Shown here in pieces: positions 42,882 through 53,457 of a stretch of DNA of 59,010 nt (positions are counted from its first letter, which is position 1; every line of letters starts with the position of its first letter). This DNA is from an uncultured Mycoplasma sp. (GTDB lineage Bacteria > Bacillota_I > Bacilli_A > RF39 > UBA660). The position numbers and the translations under genes were made by a program. The notes beneath the pieces were generated by a model. The model was not told where the DNA came from and searched no databases. It saw only the letters and a list, made by a program, of their open reading frames with translations. The DNA is taken from contig CAYXZZ010000002.1 of NCBI GenBank assembly GCA_964470055.1, positions 1 to 59,010 on the forward strand, in the 5' to 3' direction.

Positions 42882-44822
42882 ATGTCAAGTAACTCAGTAT
42901 TTGATGGAGACGCAAGCAAATATGAAGCGGGCGATCCACTATTAAAACTTTCTCAAGAAAAGAGAGCCTACGTTGAAGAGGTGGCGTACTATGCCCAACA
43001 AGAATATTCTCGCAGAGTAGCAGCCGGTGAAGATTGGGTACTACCAGAAGTAGCAGTTTCACAAGCCATTTTAGAGACTGGTTGGGGCCAATCACGAGGA
43101 GCCAACGATTTTGGAATTAAAGCCTGGAGTGGCAGTGATAGAAGCAAGACAACTCTTCCAACAAAAGAAGAAAGTAGTGATGGCAGCCTTTACAACACCA
43201 ACGCCGCATTTGAACAAACATCAAGCATTGAAGACTCAGTTAACTTATATTACGATTTCATCACCAGCAATTCAAGGTATTCAAATGCCCTTAATCTAAC
43301 AGATCCATACCAATCAGTTAAAGAAATTGCTGCTGCAGGATATGCCACTTCACATTCTTATGATGACAATCTAATAAGCATAATCAAAAATTATAACTTA
43401 TCAAGATATTCAACGACGGCAGTCACCTCATTCGACTACAGTGAAGCCGGATATAATGAAGGAATAACTGCTTATGAAGAAGCAACTAAAATAATTATAA
43501 ATCTAGAAATAAGCCTTGCTGAATCAGAAAATACAATAAAAACTGCTTGCTTAACCAAACCACAAATTTCTTATGAAAGTATCATTGAATTTGAAAAGAT
43601 AAAAGAAGTCATAACAACAATAAAAGAACTACTAGAACGTATAAAAGGAATCGCCGATCGAGAAAAGTACATTGCCGAACAGTACAATCTTGATAGTAGT
43701 AGTCTCACTCAATTTAAAGCAGCCACACTTACACTTGGAACAATAAACTATTCTTTCAATGATAACCAGGATTTCATAAAAATGGTTGATGAATACAAAT
43801 CAAGCGACTCATCAACTGTCTTTTCAACTTGGTTTCAAAGTTACATTTCCCAAAATGGCATTGCTTCAAATATTGTGGATATGAACAAATATATAGAAAA
43901 CATAAAATCCACATATGCCACAACTAGTGAAAATCACGTCGTAAGCACAGCAACTGAAATTCTTCAAACAGAACGAACCACTACAACACCAGCAGTAACT
44001 AGTCAAAACCAATCAACACTTCAAACAAGTAGTAATTCAACAAGCAGCACTCAGTTTTCTGCAAGCACTATAACTACAAGTTCAACAAATACTTCAAAAA
44101 ACACAACTATTTCAACTAATGTAGTAACTCAAACAACTACACCAACAACTGAGAACAAGCAAAATACTACCACTGTAACGACATCTGCTGCAAGCAATTC
44201 ACAAAATTCATCTGAAACATCATCAGCCCAAAATAACTCACAAAATACATCTGATTTATCATCAACAATTTTCCCGGATTTGAATGCAGAACAAGACTCC
44301 ACATCAACGCCAACAACCAACTCGACAATTGAATCTTTACCAGAAAAATCAACACCATCAACTTTGGCCAATAAGCAGAGCACTCTTCTTCAGCCGGGAC
44401 TTATATCCAATTCCAATAATACCTCAACTAAGATTAAAGAAATAAGTTCACTAATAACTCCTGCAACAACCCAACCAGATAATAGTCAAATTATCGATTC
44501 CGAAATTCCAACAGAATCAACAATAACTGAAATAATTCCTGGAACTAGTAACAGTAATACAACAGTATCAACACAACCCGATAATGACACAAACACAACT
44601 GCTCTAGCAATCGGTTTAGGTATTGGCGCAACTGCTCTAGGTGTAGGAGCGGGCGCATACTACGTAAATAAAAAACGTCAAAAAAACAGTGACATTGCTG
44701 AAGAGTATGAGCAAACAGAAGACGAGTACCAACAAGAATATTATAAAGACGACTATTACGAAGAAGAAAAAGACTTTTTTCCACAGGATGCGCTAGACGA
44801 CGAAGATGATTATCTCGAATAA
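42882..44822 (+). CDS. N-acetylglucosaminidase-domain protein with Ser/Thr-rich linker, C-terminal TM helix and acidic tail
   Basis: AQAILETGWGQS..FGIK (GH73/LytD-type); low-complexity S/T/N/Q region; ALAIGLGIGATALGVGAGAYYV then NKKRQKN. Confidence 0.8.
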   Translation: MSSNSVFDGDASKYEAGDPLLKLSQEKRAYVEEVAYYAQQEYSRRVAAGEDWVLPEVAVSQAILETGWGQSRGANDFGIKAWSGSDRSKTTLPTKEESSDGSLYNTNAAFEQTSSIEDSVNLYYDFITSNSRYSNALNLTDPYQSVKEIAAAGYATSHSYDDNLISIIKNYNLSRYSTTAVTSFDYSEAGYNEGITAYEEATKIIINLEISLAESENTIKTACLTKPQISYESIIEFEKIKEVITTIKELLERIKGIADREKYIAEQYNLDSSSLTQFKAATLTLGTINYSFNDNQDFIKMVDEYKSSDSSTVFSTWFQSYISQNGIASNIVDMNKYIENIKSTYATTSENHVVSTATEILQTERTTTTPAVTSQNQSTLQTSSNSTSSTQFSASTITTSSTNTSKNTTISTNVVTQTTTPTTENKQNTTTVTTSAASNSQNSSETSSAQNNSQNTSDLSSTIFPDLNAEQDSTSTPTTNSTIESLPEKSTPSTLANKQSTLLQPGLISNSNNTSTKIKEISSLITPATTQPDNSQIIDSEIPTESTITEIIPGTSNSNTTVSTQPDNDTNTTALAIGLGIGATALGVGAGAYYVNKKRQKNSDIAEEYEQTEDEYQQEYYKDDYYEEEKDFFPQDALDDEDDYLE

Positions 44823-44837
44823 AAACAAGAATAATTA

Positions 44838-44866
44838 TTGAAAAACAAAGAAAAATATTATATAAT
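44838..44866 (+). promoter_or_regulatory. valS promoter TTGAAA-N17-TATAAT
   Basis: Near-consensus hexamers with 17-nt spacing. Confidence 0.65.
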
Positions 44867-44872
44867 CATAAC

Positions 44873-45096
44873 CAGATGCAAAGAAATCGAGGAGTAAATA
44901 CTTCAAGTCTTTCCAAGAGAGTTCAGAGTTGGTGTAAATGAACAAAGATAAGTATTGAAGGTAGCGATGGAGCATGATTGCAGAAATAGTAGTAAGTAAT
45001 CCCGAGTAATTTACGTTACAAATTTCAAGATATCGAAAGATATAAAATAAGGTGGTACCACGAGCATTTTCGTCCTTTGGGATGATGCTCGTTTTT
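44873..45096 (+). promoter_or_regulatory. T-box riboswitch leader (Val)
   Basis: AGAGA stem I element, candidate GUA specifier in GGUGUAAAUG, T-box AAGGTGGTACCACG (45049-45062), terminator CGAGCAT...ATGCTCG plus T5 (45061-45096). Confidence 0.85.
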
Positions 45097-45114
45097 ATTT
45101 TGAAGGAGGGCTAT

Positions 45115-45225
45115 ATGAAACCTATTCACCAAACAGGCTATAATAATAGCCTATCAATCAAGTTACACGTACGAGTCCAGCACTCATTAAAGACTTACAA
45201 CAAAATACGAAAGAGAGGAAAATAA
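45115..45225 (+). CDS. 36-aa basic sORF between T-box terminator and valS
   Basis: GAAGGAGGG 5 nt upstream of ATG; [36 protein letters not shown]; stop 1 nt before the valS ATG. Confidence 0.3.
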   Translation: MKPIHQTGYNNSLSIKLHVRVQHSLKTYNKIRKRGK

Positions 45226-45226
45226 T

Positions 45227-47764
45227 ATGTTAGATAAAAAATATAATCATTTAGAAGTAGAAAAAGGTAAATACGAAAATTGGAAATCAAAAAATTATTT
45301 TAAATGTGATGAAAAAAGCGATAAGACACCATTCTGTATCGTAATTCCACCTCCAAATGTAACGGGAAAATTACATTTAGGACATGCTTGGGATGTAACT
45401 CTTCAAGATTTAATCATCAGATACAAAAGAATGCAAGGATATGACTGTTTATGGTTACCAGGAATGGACCATGCAGGTATTGCAACTCAAGCCAAAGTAG
45501 ATAAACGTTTAAAAGAACAAGGTATCCGTCCACGTGATATGCAACGTGAAGATTGGTTAGAACAAGCATGGGCTTGGAAACATGAATATGCTGAAACAAT
45601 CCACGAGCAATGGGCAAAGATGGGAATATCAGTAGACTATACCAAAGAACGTTTCACTTTAGATGAAGGTCTAAATAGAGCAGTTAACCAAGTATTCATC
45701 GACTTATACAATAAAGGATTAATCTATCGCGGAGAGCGAATCATTAACTGGGATCCAGAACAAATGACAGCCCTTTCAACAGAAGAAGTTATCTATAAAG
45801 AAGATAAAGGTGCCTTCTACCACTTAAAATACTACATTGAAGGAGAAGACAGATTCCTAGAAGTAGCAACAACACGTCCAGAAACATTATTCGGAGATAC
45901 AGCCGTAGCCGTTAATCCGAAAGATGAAAGATACAAGGACCTAATCGGCAAGAACGTTATTCTTCCAATCGTTAATAAACCAATCCCAATCGTTGGTGAT
46001 GAACATGCTGATCCAGAATTTGGAACAGGAGTGGTTAAAATAACTCCAGCCCATGACCCTAACGACTTTGAAGTTGGAAATAGGCATAATCTTGAAAGAG
46101 TAGTAGTAATGAATCCAGACGCTACAATGAATGAAAAAGCAGGTAAATACTGTGGAATGTCTCGTGAAAAATGTCGTGAAGAATTACTAAAAGATCTAAA
46201 AGAACAAGACCTACTTATCAAAGTAGAAGAAATGACTCACTCAGTAGGCCACTCAGAAAGAAGTGACGCTGTAGTTGAACCATATCTTTCAAAACAATGG
46301 TTCGTTAAAATGCGTCCATTAGCCGACCGAGTTTTAGAAAACCAAAAAAATAAAGATGAAAAAGTTAACTTTGTCCCAACTCGTTACGAAAAAACAATGA
46401 ATCACTGGATGGAAATTACATACGACTGGTGTATCTCACGCCAATTATGGTGGGGACATAGAATTCCTGCTTGGTACAAAGACGATGAAGTAAAAGTACA
46501 AATTGAATGCCCAGGAGAAGGTTGGGTACAAGACGAAGATGTCCTTGATACATGGTTCTCATCAGCACTATGGCCATTCTCAACTCTAGGTTGGCCAGAC
46601 AAAACAGACCTACTAGACAGATACTATCCAAATAATGTTTTAGTAACAGGATACGACATCATTCCATTCTGGGTAAACAGAATGACTTTCCAAGGATTAG
46701 AATTCACAGAAAAACGTCCGTTCAAAGACTGCCTAATCCATGGGCTTATCCGAGATAAAGAAGGACGTAAAATGTCTAAGTCCCTTGGTAACGGAGTAGA
46801 CCCAATGGATGTAATTGAAACCTATGGCTGTGACGCTCTAAGATATTTCTTAACAACAAACTCCGCTCCAGGAATGGACTTACGTTACGACGAAGATAAA
46901 GTTAAGTCATCATGGAACTTTATTAATAAATTATGGAACGCATCACGCTTCGTTCTAATGAACATCGAAGACTTAAAGGAAAGAAAAATTAATAAAGATG
47001 AACTTACTCTATACGACAAATGGATTCTTACAAAGAAAAATGAACTAATCAAATCAACAATTAAAAATATGGATAAATATGATTTCCATAACGTTGGTGC
47101 AGAATTATATAGTTTCATTTGGGAAGACTTCTGCGACTGGTATATTGAACTTACAAAGTCATCTATGACAGAAACTACAAAGACAGTTCTTCTAGATACT
47201 CTAACAGATATCTTAAAATTACTTCATCCATTTATGCCATATGTAACAGAAGAAATCTATCAGATGTTACCAATCAAAGATGCCGAATCAATCATGATTT
47301 CAGCATATCCAACATATAACAAAAAAGATGTTTATAAAGAAGAATCTGAAAAACTAGAAAAAGTTCTAGAAGATATCGTTGCTATCCGTAATTTAAAAGC
47401 AACAAATAAAATTACAAAAACAGCGCTAGTTAACTTCGAATGTAGTAGTGAAGATTTAATCAACATCTACGCATCACAATTAAAAATAACAGAAGAAAAT
47501 CTAACAAGTGATGACCCAGATAACATGATTAGTACTAACTACAAATCAGCACACATTGATATCACATACTTCTTCGAACAAGAAACAATCGACACAAAAG
47601 CCCTAGAAGAAGAAATCAAAAAATTAGAAGCATCAATTGCTCGTCGAAAAGGACTTTTATCAAACGACAACTACGTAAATAAAGCCCCTGCTAATATCGT
47701 AGAAATGGATCGTAAAAAACTAGCCGAGGAAGAAGAAAAACTAGCCAACTTAAAAAATAAATAA
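45227..47764 (+). CDS. valS: Valyl-tRNA synthetase
   Basis: [13 protein letters not shown] and KMSKS class I motifs, editing domain, C-terminal coiled coil. Confidence 0.97.
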   Translation: MLDKKYNHLEVEKGKYENWKSKNYFKCDEKSDKTPFCIVIPPPNVTGKLHLGHAWDVTLQDLIIRYKRMQGYDCLWLPGMDHAGIATQAKVDKRLKEQGIRPRDMQREDWLEQAWAWKHEYAETIHEQWAKMGISVDYTKERFTLDEGLNRAVNQVFIDLYNKGLIYRGERIINWDPEQMTALSTEEVIYKEDKGAFYHLKYYIEGEDRFLEVATTRPETLFGDTAVAVNPKDERYKDLIGKNVILPIVNKPIPIVGDEHADPEFGTGVVKITPAHDPNDFEVGNRHNLERVVVMNPDATMNEKAGKYCGMSREKCREELLKDLKEQDLLIKVEEMTHSVGHSERSDAVVEPYLSKQWFVKMRPLADRVLENQKNKDEKVNFVPTRYEKTMNHWMEITYDWCISRQLWWGHRIPAWYKDDEVKVQIECPGEGWVQDEDVLDTWFSSALWPFSTLGWPDKTDLLDRYYPNNVLVTGYDIIPFWVNRMTFQGLEFTEKRPFKDCLIHGLIRDKEGRKMSKSLGNGVDPMDVIETYGCDALRYFLTTNSAPGMDLRYDEDKVKSSWNFINKLWNASRFVLMNIEDLKERKINKDELTLYDKWILTKKNELIKSTIKNMDKYDFHNVGAELYSFIWEDFCDWYIELTKSSMTETTKTVLLDTLTDILKLLHPFMPYVTEEIYQMLPIKDAESIMISAYPTYNKKDVYKEESEKLEKVLEDIVAIRNLKATNKITKTALVNFECSSEDLINIYASQLKITEENLTSDDPDNMISTNYKSAHIDITYFFEQETIDTKALEEEIKKLEASIARRKGLLSNDNYVNKAPANIVEMDRKKLAEEEEKLANLKNK

Positions 47765-47870
47765 TCATAAAAGGACAAGCCTCAAAACTTGTCTTTTTTC
47801 GTCATTACTCCCTAGACATAAAAATACAAATATATTATACTTAAAATATAAAAATAGGGAGAAAATAAAA

Positions 47871-50261
47871 ATGACAAATGCCAATAAAATAATTAAAATA
47901 TCATCTATTTTATACTTAATCAGTTCACTACTAACAATACATTATCTAACTCCAATAGGAGCAATATTTCTAATTATAGGACTACTATTATTAGCATACA
48001 GTTTCCTACTGCCAGAAGATCTAAAAAGAAAAAAATTATCGTTAATAATCATCGCAATCCTTTCATGTCTTCTTAACATCCCATCAGCAATACTACTTTT
48101 TATTGCCGTAAATGAAATCAGTTCTGTAAAACAGATTAATAATAATTCGCCACCAATCATCGAGGCAACATCTGAAAATAAAAGAATAGACCTTCTATTA
48201 AAACTAGGATTATCAATGATCCTAATATCTGGTGTCCTTTTCGCAACCACAAGTTGGGAAATAATTTCTAACTTCATAAAAGTAGTTGCCTTAGTTTTAA
48301 TGGGATTAATATTCCTAGGTTTATCTTCTTTTTCTGAAAAAAAATTAAAAATATCTAGCACAACCAAAGCCTATTTTATTTTAGGACTTGCTTTTTTCCT
48401 TCTAACTTGGATAGGAATTGGCTACTTTGGAACTTTCTCACAATGGTTTAGTTTTTCTGGAGCAGGCAAAAATCTTGTCTATTTCATAACCTTTATTCTT
48501 CTAAGTCTAATGCTATATATAATTGCCAACAAATTTCAAGAAAAAGAATATGCCTATATCGGACATTCAACTCTTTATATAGCTCTTTATCATCTCTTAA
48601 CATATGCTAATCTAGATTTATTAACCACAACTTTAGTTTTAACAACTCTATCTTTAGTAATAAATCTTCTACCAAATACAGAAAAACTAACTAAAATAAA
48701 AGAGGTAAATAGTACCATAAGTTATCTATACTGGCCACTTATTCTAACACAATGCTTTAACGCATCAGAAATACTAGTTTTAATAGTCAGTCTTATCAAT
48801 ATCTGCAATATGTTATTACTACTAGTAAAAAATAAGAATACATCAGAAAACATCTTTGGATTAATCATCAGTTATCTTTTAATACTTATAAGCATCTTAA
48901 AATTATCTCTTCCAATTGATAAAGTCTTTGTATTATTTGCAGTAATACCATTATTCTCATTACTAATAAAATATCAAAAACTAAATCAAAATAAACCTCT
49001 CATAATTACAAATCAAATTCTTTTTAACGTATTTGCAACCATAATTATTATAGTTCTTGCAACCTACACACCACTATATTTATTAATTGCTTCATTAATA
49101 TACATAATCATCAACATCATCAACAGTCTAAATACTGAAATAAATGAAATAGACTTTAGATATCAACCAATAGTAATATTTATTGCCTACATGAGTATAA
49201 TCCACTTTATAAATATAAATGTATACTACATAGGAGAGTTACTTGCTTTTGCTTTAACAGCCTTATCATATGCTATAATAAAACATTTTAGTAAAACTGA
49301 AAAAATAACAAAATACTACAACGTTTTCTTAATAATTGCAATGATATTTACCTATCTATTAAACTTCAACTATCTAGAAATAGCTCCTGCAATAATACTA
49401 CTATCTCTATCAATTTATTCATTTATCAAAAGTAAAAATCCATCAACTAGTCACGTTGTTTTCTACATATTTGTTTTAACGAATATAGTATCATTTATCG
49501 AATCTTTAGGATTATATGATATTGCTTCAACAATGAATAGTCTAATAATATTATCTATTTTTATTATCTTAACTTTAACTATCAAAGATTCAAAACTATC
49601 AATAATAAATTATATCGCAATAGCCTTTCCATTATATAGTCTAGTTAATTCATTTAGTGTAGATCACACCTTAAATACAATTATCAATAATTTATTCTAT
49701 ATATATTTATTGTTCCTAGTCCTAAAACTAATCATTAAAGATAAACGTACTAAAGACATAGTTGGCACAGTGGGCCTAATCTTAATTGTTCTAGACATTA
49801 TCACAACAGTAGACTTACTAATAGGACTATATATTGGTATTTTAGGAATAATCATTATCTTCATTACATTCAATGAAGAAGAGTATAAAAAAATGTTTTA
49901 CTGTGGAGTAGTTATTACAATTTTAAATATCATAATTCAATTATGGGAACTATGGGCAAGAATTCCATTTTGGTTATATTTATTAATAGTTGGTATCGCC
50001 ATAATAGCCTTTGTAACATACAAAGAAATGTATAAAAAGGATGAACCTAACCAACTAGAAGAACTTGTAAAAAAATCAGAAGTACCAGAACAAGAAATCG
50101 TATCAGTACCTCTTACTACTAAATCTAAACAAAATACACCTATAGAAAACATCCAAACTCCAGAAAAAATTCCAGTAGCAAAGTTTTGCCCAGCCTGTGG
50201 AACTCAAAACATGGAAGGTAATTTCTGTAGAAACTGCGGAAAAGACTTAAAACTTAAATAA
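47871..50261 (+). CDS. Large polytopic membrane protein (more than 20 predicted helices) with C-terminal zinc ribbon
   Basis: 796 aa, almost entirely hydrophobic helices; tail FCPACGTQNMEGNFCRNCG. Confidence 0.7.
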   Translation: MTNANKIIKISSILYLISSLLTIHYLTPIGAIFLIIGLLLLAYSFLLPEDLKRKKLSLIIIAILSCLLNIPSAILLFIAVNEISSVKQINNNSPPIIEATSENKRIDLLLKLGLSMILISGVLFATTSWEIISNFIKVVALVLMGLIFLGLSSFSEKKLKISSTTKAYFILGLAFFLLTWIGIGYFGTFSQWFSFSGAGKNLVYFITFILLSLMLYIIANKFQEKEYAYIGHSTLYIALYHLLTYANLDLLTTTLVLTTLSLVINLLPNTEKLTKIKEVNSTISYLYWPLILTQCFNASEILVLIVSLINICNMLLLLVKNKNTSENIFGLIISYLLILISILKLSLPIDKVFVLFAVIPLFSLLIKYQKLNQNKPLIITNQILFNVFATIIIIVLATYTPLYLLIASLIYIIINIINSLNTEINEIDFRYQPIVIFIAYMSIIHFININVYYIGELLAFALTALSYAIIKHFSKTEKITKYYNVFLIIAMIFTYLLNFNYLEIAPAIILLSLSIYSFIKSKNPSTSHVVFYIFVLTNIVSFIESLGLYDIASTMNSLIILSIFIILTLTIKDSKLSIINYIAIAFPLYSLVNSFSVDHTLNTIINNLFYIYLLFLVLKLIIKDKRTKDIVGTVGLILIVLDIITTVDLLIGLYIGILGIIIIFITFNEEEYKKMFYCGVVITILNIIIQLWELWARIPFWLYLLIVGIAIIAFVTYKEMYKKDEPNQLEELVKKSEVPEQEIVSVPLTTKSKQNTPIENIQTPEKIPVAKFCPACGTQNMEGNFCRNCGKDLKLK

Positions 50262-50389
50262 GAAAAATTCATCTTCACGATGAGTTTTTTTAGTTCAATT
50301 CAAAAAAACAAATATTAATTTCTTTTTAAAACACACTTTCTCGACAAAAAACGACACCTAATCTTGCTAGTATAAAACTAGGTGATTAT

Positions 50390-50836
50390 ATGAAAAAAAC
50401 ATTCCTCGTTAGTTTATTATTTTTAGCAATTGGTATTCTTCTTGGAACCAAAATCTATACCGCAACAACATCACTACAAACAACATTTTCTGAAGGAGAA
50501 ACATATTACTTCCTCCAAGCTGGCTCATACTCATCTTTAGACATATTAAATGAAAATACCCAAAATCTAACATCTAAAATAACAGAAGAAGAAAATAATA
50601 AATTTTACGTTTATGTTGGAATAACTAAATCAATAAAAAATGCTAAAAAAATAAAAAAAGTCTATGAAAATCAAAATTACACCATCTACATTAAAGAAGT
50701 AATCTTAGATAACGTCGAACTTTCCAGCAACATAACTCAATTTGATTTACTCCTAAACAGCACTGACAATCCAGAAGAAATCATCACCATTAATGAAGTT
50801 GTTCTCGCAAATTACGAAGAAATTATAAAAAAGTGA
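50390..50836 (+). CDS. Membrane-anchored protein with possible SPOR-like domain
   Basis: N-terminal TM helix; YYFLQAGSYSS...FYVYVGITKSIKNAKKIKKVY resembles a SPOR repeat. Confidence 0.4.
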   Translation: MKKTFLVSLLFLAIGILLGTKIYTATTSLQTTFSEGETYYFLQAGSYSSLDILNENTQNLTSKITEEENNKFYVYVGITKSIKNAKKIKKVYENQNYTIYIKEVILDNVELSSNITQFDLLLNSTDNPEEIITINEVVLANYEEIIKK

Positions 50837-50872
50837 GGAAAACATCAAAAAAAAGAGAATAATACTAATGAG

Positions 50873-51574
50873 GTGAATATGAGTTACAAAGTAAAAGAAA
50901 TCCCAATAACAGAAAGACCAAGAGAACGTCTAAAGCAAGTCGGACCAGAAAATTTAAGCGACAAAGAACTACTTGCCATAATCCTAAAAACAGGTACCAA
51001 AAACAAAAATGTAACGGAACTAGCCCTAGAAATATTAAAAGAATATCCCATCTCAGAATTAAAAAATACAAGTTTCAACCAGTTAGTTCAAATCAAAGGA
51101 ATAGGAGAGGTAAAGGCTCTAGAATTACTAGCAACAATCGAACTAGGAAAAAGACTCTATGTAAGAGAAAATAAACCATTAAAAAAGTTAAAAAACGCTA
51201 AAGAAATATTTCTTTATACCAAATATTTATTCATTGATAAACAACAAGAAAATTTTTATGCCCTATATTTCAATAACAGAAATTGTCTTCTATCCCAAAA
51301 ATGTCTCTTCATTGGCACCATCAATGAAAGCATTGTTCATCCAAGAGAAGTTTTTAAAGAAGCCTATCGTCTAAGTGCGGCCTATATTATCTGCATTCAC
51401 AATCATCCAACCAACGATACTACACCAAGTATTGCAGATATTAACTTCACAGAACAGTTAACTAATATTGGCAAGATTCAAGGCATTAAAGTTATAGACC
51501 ATATAATTGTCGGTCATGATAATTACTACAGTTTTTATGAACAAAATAAAACTATAATAAAGGAGGACCCATGA
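50873..51574 (+). CDS. radC: RadC-like JAB-domain protein
   Basis: N-terminal HhH (IKGIGEVKA), HNHPTNDTTPSIAD JAMM motif; upstream of mreC. Confidence 0.9.
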   Translation: MNMSYKVKEIPITERPRERLKQVGPENLSDKELLAIILKTGTKNKNVTELALEILKEYPISELKNTSFNQLVQIKGIGEVKALELLATIELGKRLYVRENKPLKKLKNAKEIFLYTKYLFIDKQQENFYALYFNNRNCLLSQKCLFIGTINESIVHPREVFKEAYRLSAAYIICIHNHPTNDTTPSIADINFTEQLTNIGKIQGIKVIDHIIVGHDNYYSFYEQNKTIIKEDP

Positions 51575-52341
51575 AAAAGCAAACTAAGAAAAAATTAACA
51601 ACCCTCGTAATCATAATCATTATAACGATTCTATTAGCAATATCCCTAAATCAAGATAGAACTTATACAAAAATTGAAGAAACTCTAAAAGATTTAACCG
51701 CTTCATTAATAAGCCAATTTAACATTCAATCCACAAAAGACTATCCTGATCAAACAGAAAGTTATCTCATTCAAAAAAATATCAACACATCCTTAGAAAA
51801 AGAAATTGCCGAGTTAAAAGAACTCCTTACTTTAAACAGCACCTTAACCGCCTATGAAAAAGAAAACGCTACAGTTATCTCAAGAAATTCTTCTTATTGG
51901 TTTAATACTATAACCATAGATAAAGGAAAGAAAAACGGTCTAAAACAAGGAATGGCTGTTCTTACAACCAACGGCCTAATCGGAAAAATAACCAAAGTAA
52001 CTAAGACTACCAGTGAAGTAAAACTTTTAACATCAGATGACATAACATACAAAACAAGCGTCGTCATCCGAATCGACGAAAAAGACAATTATGCCATTTT
52101 AAACGGCTATGATACCGACCAAAACTACCTAAAAGTATCCGCAATCGACAAAAATATCAAAATAAATCAAGGCGATACAGTCCTTACTAGTGGCCTAGGT
52201 TCAATGCCTCAAGGAATATACATAGGAACAGTTGAAAAAACAGAAATCGACAACTATAATCTGAGCCAAGTTGTCTACGTAAAACCAACACAAGACTTTA
52301 GTAACATCCATTACGTAACAGTTTTAAAGGAGTTAAATTAA
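51571..52341 (+). CDS. mreC: Rod shape-determining protein MreC
   Basis: TM anchor, coiled coil, beta-barrel region GMAVLTTNGLIGKITKV..SEVKLLTS; synteny radC-mreC-mreD. Confidence 0.88.
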   Translation: MKKQTKKKLTTLVIIIIITILLAISLNQDRTYTKIEETLKDLTASLISQFNIQSTKDYPDQTESYLIQKNINTSLEKEIAELKELLTLNSTLTAYEKENATVISRNSSYWFNTITIDKGKKNGLKQGMAVLTTNGLIGKITKVTKTTSEVKLLTSDDITYKTSVVIRIDEKDNYAILNGYDTDQNYLKVSAIDKNIKINQGDTVLTSGLGSMPQGIYIGTVEKTEIDNYNLSQVVYVKPTQDFSNIHYVTVLKELN

Positions 52342-52823
52342 TGCTAGCACTTGTAATATTCTTCATTGCTTTAATTCTAGACGGAATTATTTCTTTAAAT
52401 ATTCCCACGACCTCATATTTTCAGCCACTATTAACATTAACCTGTATCCTTATTCTCTACAATCAATTTAAAAATAAAAATAAACGTTATCTAACAATGA
52501 TAGTCATAATAGGACTAATATATGATCTTCTATATACCAATCTCTTGTTTTTTCACGCTATCATTTTCTATCTTCTAGGTATTTTCATCATCTATCTAAA
52601 TAAAAACTACAAACAGAACATCCTCACAATAATAATTTCACTCATAATTATAATTACTCTATATGAAAGCATGACTCAATCTTTTCTATTTATCTTTCAA
52701 ATTGTCCCATTCTCATTTTCTAAACTAACTTACAAAATAATCCATTCACTTATTATAAATATCATATTCATCATACCAATATATTTTCTTCAAAAAGGAA
52801 TAAAATCCAAGCACAAAGCATAA
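52341..52823 (+). CDS. mreD: Rod shape-determining protein MreD
   Basis: 160-aa polytopic membrane protein overlapping the mreC stop. Confidence 0.8.
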   Translation: MLALVIFFIALILDGIISLNIPTTSYFQPLLTLTCILILYNQFKNKNKRYLTMIVIIGLIYDLLYTNLLFFHAIIFYLLGIFIIYLNKNYKQNILTIIISLIIIITLYESMTQSFLFIFQIVPFSFSKLTYKIIHSLIINIIFIIPIYFLQKGIKSKHKA

Positions 52824-52844
52824 TCTTCTCTAAAGGAGAACATT

Positions 52845-53417
52845 ATGCAAAACAAAGTACTAAAGAAAAAACTAATCTTAAAAAAACAAATCAAACAAAC
52901 ACTCAGTAAAGTATTAATTACAATTATTATTTTTCTTATTGGTATGATTGTAACCAAAACAAATCCTAAATATAAAATATTTATTCAAGAAAATATTTAT
53001 GAAAATAGTTTTAAATTTACGAAAATCAATGAATTATACAAAAAGTATTTTGGCAAACTTCTCTCACTAGATAATATAATCTATGAAGAAACACCCGTTT
53101 TCAATGAGAACATCACATATACAGAAAAAAATACTTACAAAGACGGAGTAGCCCTAACAGTTTCAACTGGTTATATGGTTCCAAGCCTAGAAAATGGAAT
53201 AGTAGTCTATATTGGAAATAAAGAGGAATATGGTCAAACTATAATAATAGAACAGACCAATGGTATAGATGTATTTTATTCAAACATTACCAATGAAAAT
53301 ATAAAATTATATGATTACATAGAAAAAGGTGAATACGTAGGTCAAACCAAAACCGATAAATTATATTTAGTTTTTCAAAAGAATGGAACTATTTTAAATT
53401 ATCAAGACTATATCTAA
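52845..53417 (+). CDS. Membrane-anchored degenerate LytM/M23-domain protein (SpoIVFA-like position)
   Basis: TM helix plus GVALTV..G..V.S...G.VVYIG....YG.TIIIE...G....Y without the HxxxD/HxH ligands; precedes an M50 protease as in the Bacillus spoIVF operon. Confidence 0.55.
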   Translation: MQNKVLKKKLILKKQIKQTLSKVLITIIIFLIGMIVTKTNPKYKIFIQENIYENSFKFTKINELYKKYFGKLLSLDNIIYEETPVFNENITYTEKNTYKDGVALTVSTGYMVPSLENGIVVYIGNKEEYGQTIIIEQTNGIDVFYSNITNENIKLYDYIEKGEYVGQTKTDKLYLVFQKNGTILNYQDYI

Positions 53418-53457
53418 ATATATTGAAATAAATCCATTAGTCTACGTATTTGCCATC

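Noticed and set aside
43960-44560. Possible tandem DNA repeat or array in the A/C-rich stretch, plus antisense ORFs 44129-44383 and 44167-44361
   Set aside because: There is no fixed period and no repeat-spacer structure. It is the codon-level signature of a Ser/Thr/Asn/Gln-rich protein linker, and the antisense ORFs are shadows.
45417-47118. Several minus-strand ORFs inside valS
   Set aside because: Nested antisense to a highly conserved synthetase gene.
47942-48367. 141-aa minus-strand ORF, plus 49937-50152
   Set aside because: Antisense to the 796-aa membrane protein gene; no RBS or motif.
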